From Balneola sp. (GTDB lineage: Bacteria > Bacteroidota > Rhodothermia > Balneolales > Balneolaceae): DNA of 32,000 nucleotides. A program made the translations under genes and the position numbers. Positions 25,679 to 32,000 of this stretch are shown one piece after another; the first letter of the stretch is position 1; the number at the start of each line of letters is the position of its first letter. The DNA is taken from NCBI GenBank assembly GCA_002696035.1, contig NZQV01000020.1, forward strand, positions 14,202-46,201, given 5' to 3'. The notes under the pieces were generated by a model. It worked only from the letters and a program-made list of their open reading frames with translations, was not told the origin of the DNA and searched no databases.

Positions 25679-26362
25679 GTGAAGCGCAATGGAGGTTTAG
25701 GCCGGAACTCAAATAATGATCGCAATGTCCATGAAGAAGATCTGGAGTGGCTTCTTACTTACAGCGATATGATAACTCTGTTGTTGGCTTTTTTTGCAGT
25801 TCTAATCGCAGTTTCCCACGTAGATATAAATCTTTGGGAACAGATGAAACAGGGACTTCGCTCTGAAGTAAGTAAACAGGAAAATGTTCGGACTCCCCTG
25901 GCTGAGGTTAAGAAAGATCTGGATGAGAGATTGGCTTCAGAACGTGAAGCTAACCTTGTGGATATAACACTCGGCCGTGAAGGAATTAAACTATTCTTTA
26001 ATAGCAGTTCATTCTACAATTCTGGGGAAGCTGAGTTATTACCTACTGGGCAAAATATCATTGATATTGTGACCGAGGCGATGAGTGACTTGGGATACTA
26101 TCAATTTAGAATTGATGTGGAAGGCCATACTGATAATGTTCCTATTAGCACTGCTCGGTACCCGTCTAACTGGGAGCTTTCAGTGGCACGGGCTTCGGAA
26201 ATCGTGAAGTACTTTATTGAGGAGGGAATTGAAGGAGACCGTTTGAAAGCTTCTGGGTATGCAGACACTCAACCAGTTGTGCCGCACGTGGATGAAGATG
26301 GTAATGATATCATCGAGAACCGAGCACTAAACCGGCGTATAGTAATTAGGATTTATTACTGA
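25679..26362 (+). CDS. MotB/OmpA-family stator anchor subunit
   Basis: 227 aa, with a GTG start 1 nt after the motA-like stop. The N-terminal WLLTYSDMITLLLAFFAVL carries the conserved channel Asp (MotB D32 equivalent). The C-terminal OmpA-like peptidoglycan-binding domain reads GHTDNVPI........SNWELSVARASEIVKYF...GI...RL.ASGYADTQPV......NRALNRRIVIRI. Confidence 0.85.
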   Translation: MKRNGGLGRNSNNDRNVHEEDLEWLLTYSDMITLLLAFFAVLIAVSHVDINLWEQMKQGLRSEVSKQENVRTPLAEVKKDLDERLASEREANLVDITLGREGIKLFFNSSSFYNSGEAELLPTGQNIIDIVTEAMSDLGYYQFRIDVEGHTDNVPISTARYPSNWELSVARASEIVKYFIEEGIEGDRLKASGYADTQPVVPHVDEDGNDIIENRALNRRIVIRIYY

Positions 26363-28479
26363 TCCTCTGAATAAAACTTCTTCCCTTCCTTTGCATGATC
26401 AATCAAAATCTGAGCAGGCTTGAACCGGGGACCAAACTTTTCAGTAAAGTCATTTAGTTGATCAACTACATTCTGAACTCCGGTTTGATCGATATATCGG
26501 AAAGGCCCTCCCAGAAATGGCGGAAAGCCGAGGCCGAGGATCGCTCCAAGATCTCCATCGTCCGGGGACTTCAGGATGCCTTCTTCCAAACACCACGCTG
26601 CCTCATTGATCATGGTAAGAGCAATACGCTGTTGGGCAGTTTTGGTATCCGGATCTGTGCGATCTTGTCCTCCAAAATGATCATAGATCGCAGTGTTCAC
26701 TTTCTTGTCGTCATCTTCGGAATATAAATACATGCCCTTATCATTCTTTCTGCCTTTATAACCGGCATCCAGTAATTCCTGAGCACGATTATCTGTATTC
26801 GCCCCGCGCTCAGCAAATACGGGCGACATCGTTTCTGCCACGTGAGCGCCCACATCAATGCCTACTTCATCGAAAAGAGCCATAGGGCCGACCGGAAAGC
26901 CAAAATCCTTCATGATCTTATCCAGGAACTCGATAGATGCTCCTTCTTCCAGTAGTTTCAGTGCTTCGTTCATGTAAGGAGCCAGAATTCGGGTGGTGTA
27001 AAATCCGGGCCCGTCTTTCACCACGATCACATTCTTGCCCTGATTCACCCCAACCTGATAGGCCGTTTGCGTCACCCAGTCAGCAGTTTTGTCGGTGGTA
27101 ATGATCTCGAGCAACGGCATTTTCTGAACCGGAGAGAAGTAATGCATTCCAATGATATTTTCTGGTCGGTTGGCGCCCTCCGCAATTTTCGAGATCGGCA
27201 GTGAAGAAGTGTTGGAGGCGAAAATGCAGTCATCGCCGGTATTTTTCTCGATCTCCTGAACAATGTTCTGCTTCAGCTCCAGATCTTCAAACACAGCTTC
27301 TATGACCAGGTCAACAGCACCGAATCCTTCATAAGAATCCGTTCCGGTAACTTTACTCATGGTGTTGTCACGTTCAAACTCGGAAGTGATCTTTTTATTT
27401 ACCTTGTCATTCAGCGATTTCCAGATCTCTTTTTCGCCCTGGGCGGCATTATCTATATCCTGATCTTTTAGGAGCACGCGATAATCTCCTTTATTCACGC
27501 TGACATCCGCGATTCCGGAACCCATTAATCCTGCCCCCAGCACGCCGATCCGCTGTACTTTTTTTACCATATCGGGATCAGGTACTTTTTTAGATGCATT
27601 CATCCCAAAGAATAGATTCACCAGGTTGCGGGATTCCTGTGTGGCTCCCAACTCACCAAAAAGAACCGTTTCTTTTTCAAGTCCCTTTTCAAGCCCGTTT
27701 TTATAGCCATATTTAACGGCATCCAATATTTTGGGGTGAGCCGGATAATTGCCTCTTGTCTTAGACAGGGCTTTTTTACGAGCCTGCGAAAAAATAATGG
27801 TTCTGCCCAGTGGATTTCCTTCCAGCACTTTGTGTAAAAAGGGCCTCTTATCTTTACGGTCAAATTTCCCGTCCGCAATTTTATGGACTCCTTTGATGGC
27901 CGCTTTTTCGATAGCATCTTTATGCGTTACTTCATCTACTAACCCCATTTTTCGTGCCTGACGGACATACATATTTTTCCCGGTGAGCATATAAGGAAGG
28001 GCATTTTGGATACCGATGAGCCGTGGCAAGCGCTGAGTGCCACCAGTTCCGGGAAGGAGGCCCAGTTTAACTTCAGGCAGGGCAAAAACGGTATCAGAGC
28101 TATCGGAACAGGCTCGGTAATGACAAGCGAGGGAAAGTTCCAGTCCTCCTCCCATGCAGCTTCCATGAACGGCCACGGCTATTGGTTTTTTGAAATCAGC
28201 AATACGATTGAGGATCTCGTGTCCTTTTTTGCTAAGCTGTTCAATTTCCTCTGCAGTATCCCGCTCCTGAAACATGTCGATATCTGCACCTGCTATAAAA
28301 TTATCTTTTTTCCCGGAGATCAGAACAGCTCCTTTCAGGTCGTTATCAGATTCCAGTTTATCCAGAAAGGCTGAAAATTCTTCAATGAGATCTTCATTCA
28401 GTTTGTTCACTTTCTCACCGGGAAGATCAAGCGTGAGTATGGCAACAGATTCTTTTTGGGAAATATTAAGGTAGCTCAT
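26356..28479 (-). CDS. multifunctional fatty-acid oxidation protein (enoyl-CoA hydratase / 3-hydroxyacyl-CoA dehydrogenase), FadJ/FadB type
   Basis: 707 aa. The N-terminal crotonase fold has FIAGADI and HGSCMGGGLELSLACH. The NAD-binding motif is IGVLGAGLMGSGIA. It also has the C-terminal 3-hydroxyacyl-CoA dehydrogenase helical repeats. It lies downstream of the thiolase gene, which is fadI-fadJ-like order. Confidence 0.93.
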   Translation of the reverse strand: MSYLNISQKESVAILTLDLPGEKVNKLNEDLIEEFSAFLDKLESDNDLKGAVLISGKKDNFIAGADIDMFQERDTAEEIEQLSKKGHEILNRIADFKKPIAVAVHGSCMGGGLELSLACHYRACSDSSDTVFALPEVKLGLLPGTGGTQRLPRLIGIQNALPYMLTGKNMYVRQARKMGLVDEVTHKDAIEKAAIKGVHKIADGKFDRKDKRPFLHKVLEGNPLGRTIIFSQARKKALSKTRGNYPAHPKILDAVKYGYKNGLEKGLEKETVLFGELGATQESRNLVNLFFGMNASKKVPDPDMVKKVQRIGVLGAGLMGSGIADVSVNKGDYRVLLKDQDIDNAAQGEKEIWKSLNDKVNKKITSEFERDNTMSKVTGTDSYEGFGAVDLVIEAVFEDLELKQNIVQEIEKNTGDDCIFASNTSSLPISKIAEGANRPENIIGMHYFSPVQKMPLLEIITTDKTADWVTQTAYQVGVNQGKNVIVVKDGPGFYTTRILAPYMNEALKLLEEGASIEFLDKIMKDFGFPVGPMALFDEVGIDVGAHVAETMSPVFAERGANTDNRAQELLDAGYKGRKNDKGMYLYSEDDDKKVNTAIYDHFGGQDRTDPDTKTAQQRIALTMINEAAWCLEEGILKSPDDGDLGAILGLGFPPFLGGPFRYIDQTGVQNVVDQLNDFTEKFGPRFKPAQILIDHAKEGKKFYSEDQ

Positions 28480-28516
28480 ATCAAAAAATTAAGGAGTGAA
28501 ATTTCAAAATCAGCGT

Positions 28517-29821
28517 CTAATTCGGATATCGTTCAAGCACAACAGCATGTCCTTGTCCGCCAGCTGCGCATGCAGAGACCATGGCAAATTCTCCGTCTTC
28601 ACGAATAAGCCGGTTTGCAGCTGTGGTAACAAGACGAACACCGGTTGCCCCAAACGGATGCCCAAGCGATAAAGAGCCGCCGAGGAGATTCAGTTTATCC
28701 ATCGGGATCTCACCTGCTTTTTTGTCTTGTTGAAGTGATTCTCTGGCAAATGTATCTGAATTTAAAGCGGTCAATACCGATAAAACTTGTCCGGCAAAAG
28801 CCTCATGCAATTCAAAAACATCAATATCATTCAAAGACAAATCCATTGCATTTAGTGCTTTCGGGATGGCATAAGCAGGACCCAATAACAGTTCTTCGCC
28901 TGGATCCTGAGATACAAAATTGTATTCCCTGATATAGGCTTTTGGTTTCAGCCCAAGTTCCAGTGCGGTTTGCTCCTCCATGATAAATGAAGCCGAAGCG
29001 CCATCGGTCAGAAACGAAGAATTTCCGGCAGTCACGGTTCCATGCGGCTTGATGAAAGCCGGACGAAGTTTACCCAATTTTTCTAAAGACGTATCCTCAC
29101 GAAATCCGTTATCATTTTTAACAACATCAAATTTTGGGGGAATTTTAGCGGGAATGAGTTCTTGATCGAGCACCCCTTCATTCGTTGCTTTTGCAGCCAG
29201 TTGATGAGATCGTAACGCATATTCATCCTGATCTTCACGGCTTACTCCAAAACGAGCTGCCATTCGGTCGGCACTTTCTCCCATTACTTCTCCGGTTGAA
29301 AATTCAGCGATAGCGGGGAGTTCCGGAAGAAAATCTTTGAGCCCAAGTCCTTTGAAGAACTTCAGGAAATCGAGAGGTGATTTGTATTTACGTGCTGCTA
29401 ATACTTTTTGTCGGAATTTCTTTTTGAACCTCACAGGGATATCAGACATGGTTTCTGTTCCTCCTGCTAATATGATCTTCGCCTGTCCTGAGCGGATCAG
29501 GTCGACTCCGCTGGTAATAGCCTGGTTGGAAGAGATGCAGGCCATGGTGGTAGTGAATGCCGGAACCGAATTCGGGATTCCTGCACCAAGCGCACTTTCC
29601 CGGGCTACATTACTCGTCTTTACTTCCTGTATCACCGTTCCCATGATCACGCGATCGATGGTGGCTGGATCAACAGCATTTCGGGCGATCAATCCTTCGA
29701 TGGCCATCCGTCCCAGGTCATAAGCCATCAGGTCGTTGTAATTGGTCCCCGATCTTTGAAAAGGAATTCGGCAGCCGTCCACAAGTACGGCATTGTAAGT
29801 CTGTTTTTTTGATTCACTCAT
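28517..29821 (-). CDS. acetyl-CoA C-acyltransferase (3-ketoacyl-CoA thiolase), FadA/FadI type
   Basis: 434 aa. It has the thiolase active-site regions TTMACISSNQA (Cys nucleophile), NLLGGSLSLGHPFGATG (His) and the C-terminal CAAGGQG (Cys base). Confidence 0.93.
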   Translation of the reverse strand: MSESKKQTYNAVLVDGCRIPFQRSGTNYNDLMAYDLGRMAIEGLIARNAVDPATIDRVIMGTVIQEVKTSNVARESALGAGIPNSVPAFTTTMACISSNQAITSGVDLIRSGQAKIILAGGTETMSDIPVRFKKKFRQKVLAARKYKSPLDFLKFFKGLGLKDFLPELPAIAEFSTGEVMGESADRMAARFGVSREDQDEYALRSHQLAAKATNEGVLDQELIPAKIPPKFDVVKNDNGFREDTSLEKLGKLRPAFIKPHGTVTAGNSSFLTDGASASFIMEEQTALELGLKPKAYIREYNFVSQDPGEELLLGPAYAIPKALNAMDLSLNDIDVFELHEAFAGQVLSVLTALNSDTFARESLQQDKKAGEIPMDKLNLLGGSLSLGHPFGATGVRLVTTAANRLIREDGEFAMVSACAAGGQGHAVVLERYPN

Positions 29822-29930
29822 AATGCTCGGCTCATTGAAATAAGAATTGACATATAGGACCCATAAAATGTAAAAAGAAAAGGTAAGTTAACAGTGTTAA
29901 CCAATAAATCAATAAATGTGCTTATTTTTC

Positions 29931-29961
29931 TTTGCCGGAGTTATAAATGTTCTTATATTTG
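29931..29961 (+). promoter_or_regulatory. Bacteroidetes-type promoter for tRNA-Val
   Basis: TTTG (29931..29934), 19 nt, then TATATTTG (29954..29961). This fits TTTG-N19-21-TAnnTTTG. The -7 box ends 18 nt before the mature tRNA 5' end. Confidence 0.5.
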
Positions 29962-29979
29962 TCGCCCTTCGAACAAGTA

Positions 29980-30054
29980 GGGCGATTAGCTCAGTTGGTT
30001 CAGAGCACCTCGTTTACACCGAGGGGGTCGGGGGTTCGAGTCCCTCATCGCCCA
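29980..30054 (+). tRNA. tRNA-Val (anticodon TAC)
   Basis: 75 nt, folding by hand into a cloverleaf.
- Acceptor stem GGGCGAT/ATCGCCC plus discriminator A.
- D stem GCTC/GAGC.
- Anticodon stem CCTCG/CGAGG with loop TT-TAC-AC.
- 5-nt variable loop.
- T arm GGGGG-TTCGAGT-CCCTC.
The 3' CCA is not encoded. Confidence 0.93.
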
Positions 30055-30056
30055 CA

Positions 30057-30092
30057 AAAGGCTTCTCAGATTTACTGGGAAGCCTTTTTTAT
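30057..30092 (+). terminator. Rho-independent terminator after tRNA-Val
   Basis: AAAGGCTTC (30057..30065) pairs with GAAGCCTTT (30079..30087) across a 13-nt loop, followed by a T run extending to about 30090. Confidence 0.65.
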
Positions 30093-30143
30093 TTCCACTG
30101 ATTTTCTTATCCGATTTCAAGCCCGGTTTTTATACCTTAGACC

Positions 30144-31292
30144 ATGAGATTATTCAGCACAGCTTTTCTGGTATTTGGGGTGATGGTCGGGTGCTCTTCC
30201 GAAGATCCGTTCTCAGAACTCAAACAAGATGCTCAGCAATTTCAACTTGAGCGTGCCGCCGAGATGGAGTTAATACAAGAGCCGGACTTTTTGATCGGTT
30301 CATACCAAACGGTGAATAATATTGGAAGCGTAGCGGTTGACGAGGCTGGACGGATTTTTGCCGTAAATAGAACCCGCAACCGGATCGAGGTGTATTCTGC
30401 TGAAGGGAGGCCGATTCAAACGCTTGGAAAGAGTGGCAGCGACCCCGGCGAGTTTCGACAACCAGAGCTAATCAAAACGGATAGCAGAAATCTATATGCA
30501 TTCGACAAGAGCTTGCAACGCATTAATGTTTTTTCGCTGGATGATCTGAATGACATTTCAGTTTTAGACCTTTCTGCCAATACATTATTTGAGACTGACT
30601 CAGCCCAGAAAGTGATTCCCTTTACTTTCGAGGTTTTAGGAGAGGGAGAATTGTTGACTGGATTCCGGATCACAAGAACTGCAACAGATCAACGGGAAGT
30701 GTACTATAGAATGAATTTGAAGCCTGACGAAAGTCCTGATCTTAGACTATCGGATGCGGTTTTTGAATTTGAGGGAAATGGCTTGTATGTGGATGATACG
30801 AGGACGACAACGGTGATCATGGAGCTGCCTTACCTGGAGGAAACGCTGATTGCCGCGGGTCAGGATTCTAATTTATTTATGATCAATACGGCAGAGTTTT
30901 TGATATCGAAATATGATCGGGAAGGAAATGCTGCCGGTGCGTTCTACTATCCGATGAAAAAGCAGCGGCTCAATAAAGAAGACGTCCTGAATCTATATAC
31001 CAATGTGCATTACAGGCGTGCAATTCGTGGTGCTGATCTGCCTGATACCTGGCCGGCGGTGGCCAAGATGTTTGTGGACGATAAAGGGCGGATATGGATT
31101 GCCACTATCACGGAAGGTTTGGAAAAATATCGGTGGTATCTGTTAGATAAAGCTGGGAATCCTGTCGGGACATTTAACCTGCAAAGAAAGCAGACTATAG
31201 AAGCAGTGCATAATAATTTCATTTACATAAAAAGGTACAATCCGAATAGCTATTCTCTCGAAATCCGTCGCTTCTACTTTGTCCAAAAATAG
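30144..31292 (+). CDS. lipoprotein, probable 6-bladed beta-propeller (NHL/TolB-like) family
   Basis: 382 aa with a lipoprotein signal MRLFSTAFLVFGVMVGCSSE. It has recurrent blade-like motifs (IGSVAVDEAGRIFAVN, GSDPGEFRQPELIKTDSRNLYAFD, RINVFS, GRIWIAT). The size and layout resemble Bacteroidetes '6-bladed beta-propeller' lipoproteins. The product call is tentative. Confidence 0.5.
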   Translation: MRLFSTAFLVFGVMVGCSSEDPFSELKQDAQQFQLERAAEMELIQEPDFLIGSYQTVNNIGSVAVDEAGRIFAVNRTRNRIEVYSAEGRPIQTLGKSGSDPGEFRQPELIKTDSRNLYAFDKSLQRINVFSLDDLNDISVLDLSANTLFETDSAQKVIPFTFEVLGEGELLTGFRITRTATDQREVYYRMNLKPDESPDLRLSDAVFEFEGNGLYVDDTRTTTVIMELPYLEETLIAAGQDSNLFMINTAEFLISKYDREGNAAGAFYYPMKKQRLNKEDVLNLYTNVHYRRAIRGADLPDTWPAVAKMFVDDKGRIWIATITEGLEKYRWYLLDKAGNPVGTFNLQRKQTIEAVHNNFIYIKRYNPNSYSLEIRRFYFVQK

Positions 31293-31501
31293 TCTTTTTG
31301 AAAGCTTTAGATCTGAAAATGAGCAGAATTATATATTAAATTATACCCATCCATGAGAATTAAAATCAACTTCTTGATGTGTCTATAAAAAGGAGTAAGT
31401 TTATATGAGGTTGTTTTTATAAAAAGTTTTAATGTTGTATTAATGACTGTAATTAATAATTATATTAGTATTAATTATAGGACAAACATAAAATTGAGGC
31501 A

Positions 31502-31753
31502 ATGGATATTAAATTTGTGAAACGCTCGAATGTAAAATCATCAAAGAAAAGGACTTCAAAGTTCAAGCCTCTGCTGGAAGCAATTGAAAAACTGAAGCCG
31601 GGCGGACAGGCTGTTGAGGTTAGCTACTCCAACGAAAAGAACATCAACTCTATGCGTACGGCCGTGTATCAGTTCGGTAAAAAGAACGATATCAAGGTCA
31701 AAAGTCGCCGGGATGCGGATAATAAAAAGATCTATTTCTATCGCGATAAGTGA
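31502..31753 (+). CDS. hypothetical small basic protein
   Basis: 83-aa Lys/Arg-rich ORF (MDIKFVKRSNVKSSKKRTSKFKPLLEAIEKL...) following a 209-bp very AT-rich spacer. It has no recognisable motif, so it is called on ORF evidence only. Confidence 0.4.
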   Translation: MDIKFVKRSNVKSSKKRTSKFKPLLEAIEKLKPGGQAVEVSYSNEKNINSMRTAVYQFGKKNDIKVKSRRDADNKKIYFYRDK

Positions 31754-32000
31754 TCAGGATTCTTCTACTCCGGCCCACTCAAGATATTTGCTTCGAAGTT
31801 CTTTGATGTGCTCGTCCATAGTTTCTTTTTCCCACCCGGACGTGTCGATAGGTGGATGAATGTGGGCATTGATGGTGCCGCTTTTTGAGAGGAGTGAACC
31901 GCCTAGGCTCAACTCCTGATTTCCTTCAAAGTAAATGGGTACAATCGGAAACCCAAGGTCGATGGCCATATGAAATGCTCCCTTTTTGAAGGGCCCGATC
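31754..32000 (-). CDS. 1-acyl-sn-glycerol-3-phosphate acyltransferase (PlsC/LPLAT family), 3' part only; runs off the window end
   Basis: The minus-strand frame is open from the window end: IGPFKKGAFHMAIDLGFPIVPIYFEGNQ...TINAHIHPPIDTSGW. FKKGAFH.A......IVP is the conserved block III/IV region of PlsC-type acyltransferases. Its stop directly abuts the convergent small ORF. Confidence 0.75.
   Translation of the reverse strand, partial: IGPFKKGAFHMAIDLGFPIVPIYFEGNQELSLGGSLLSKSGTINAHIHPPIDTSGWEKETMDEHIKELRSKYLEWAGVEES

Noticed and set aside
21312-26362. Interpretation as an ordinary flagellar gene cluster (fliF, fliG, motA, motB)
   Set aside because: FliF and FliG are fused, and the periplasmic FliF part is cut to about 190 aa. 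The EHPQ signature is missing. An OM barrel and a TPR lipoprotein replace fliH/I/J. No fliM/N, flh or flg genes occur anywhere in the 32 kb. I cannot exclude a flagellar regulon elsewhere in the genome.
24847-26362. Zorya-type anti-phage system (ZorA/ZorB are MotA/MotB homologues)
   Set aside because: As I recall, ZorA carries a long C-terminal tail that makes it far larger than this 276-aa protein. No ZorC/ZorD-like (helicase/nuclease-type) or ZorE genes are adjacent. The partner here is FliG-like instead.
24847-26362. TolQ-TolR or ExbB-ExbD pair
   Set aside because: The A subunit appears to have 4 TM segments with a long TM2-TM3 loop, which is the MotA topology. The B subunit also ends in an OmpA-like peptidoglycan-binding domain, which TolR/ExbD lack. 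No tolA/tolB/pal or tonB gene is adjacent.
29916-30147. Two plus-strand ORFs (61 and 66 aa) spanning the tRNA region
   Set aside because: They read through a canonical tRNA-Val cloverleaf and its terminator, so they are spurious.
29980-31753. tRNA-Val as the integration site of a genomic island (tRNA followed by a lipoprotein gene, an AT-rich spacer and a small ORF)
   Set aside because: There is no integrase or recombinase. I saw no downstream direct repeat of the tRNA 3' end. The lipoprotein gene has host-like GC in the lines I counted.
1-32000. CRISPR arrays, IS elements/transposases, integrases, rRNA genes, toxin-antitoxin pairs
   Set aside because: I looked for regularly spaced direct repeats, terminal inverted repeats with transposase-like ORFs, and DDE or tyrosine-recombinase motifs. 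None were seen by eye anywhere in the window.

Overview
This window looks like chromosomal DNA from an FCB-group bacterium (Bacteroidota/Balneolota-like). The evidence is two proteins ending in T9SS (Por) C-terminal sorting domains, TAnnTTTG-type -7 promoter boxes and ileS-dksA-lspA synteny. All family calls are motif recognition by eye and from memory; no searches were run.

Housekeeping blocks:
- 1-10.5 kb: BtuF-like binding protein (partial), fructosamine kinase, LMW phosphatase, ileS, dksA/traR-like, lspA, ribBA, yajC, a tandem Usp and a BCCT osmolyte transporter.
- 26.4-32 kb: fadJ/fadB-like and thiolase genes, tRNA-Val(TAC), a beta-propeller lipoprotein, a small basic ORF and plsC (partial).

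Two accessory blocks sit between them.
- Block A (10.9-21.0 kb) has three uncharacterised genes: one with a sigma-70 region-2-like N-terminus, one with an anti-sigma-like N-terminus, and a bitopic membrane protein. That protein has a cytoplasmic Lon-type Ser-Lys peptidase domain and a periplasmic FG-GAP-like domain. They are followed by two large T9SS cargo proteins with cohesin-like and dockerin modules.
- Block B (21.3-26.4 kb) is the most unusual feature. It is a tightly packed, AT-richer five-gene unit encoding a FliF-C-terminal/FliG fusion (rotor-like), an outer-membrane beta-barrel, a TPR lipoprotein, a 4-TM MotA-type channel and a MotB/OmpA-type anchor. No other flagellar genes are present. 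It is preceded by an AT-rich region carrying two perfect DnaA-box 9-mers. I interpret it as a candidate undescribed, non-flagellar, ion-driven trans-envelope machine.

No CRISPR array, IS element, integrase or rRNA was seen.
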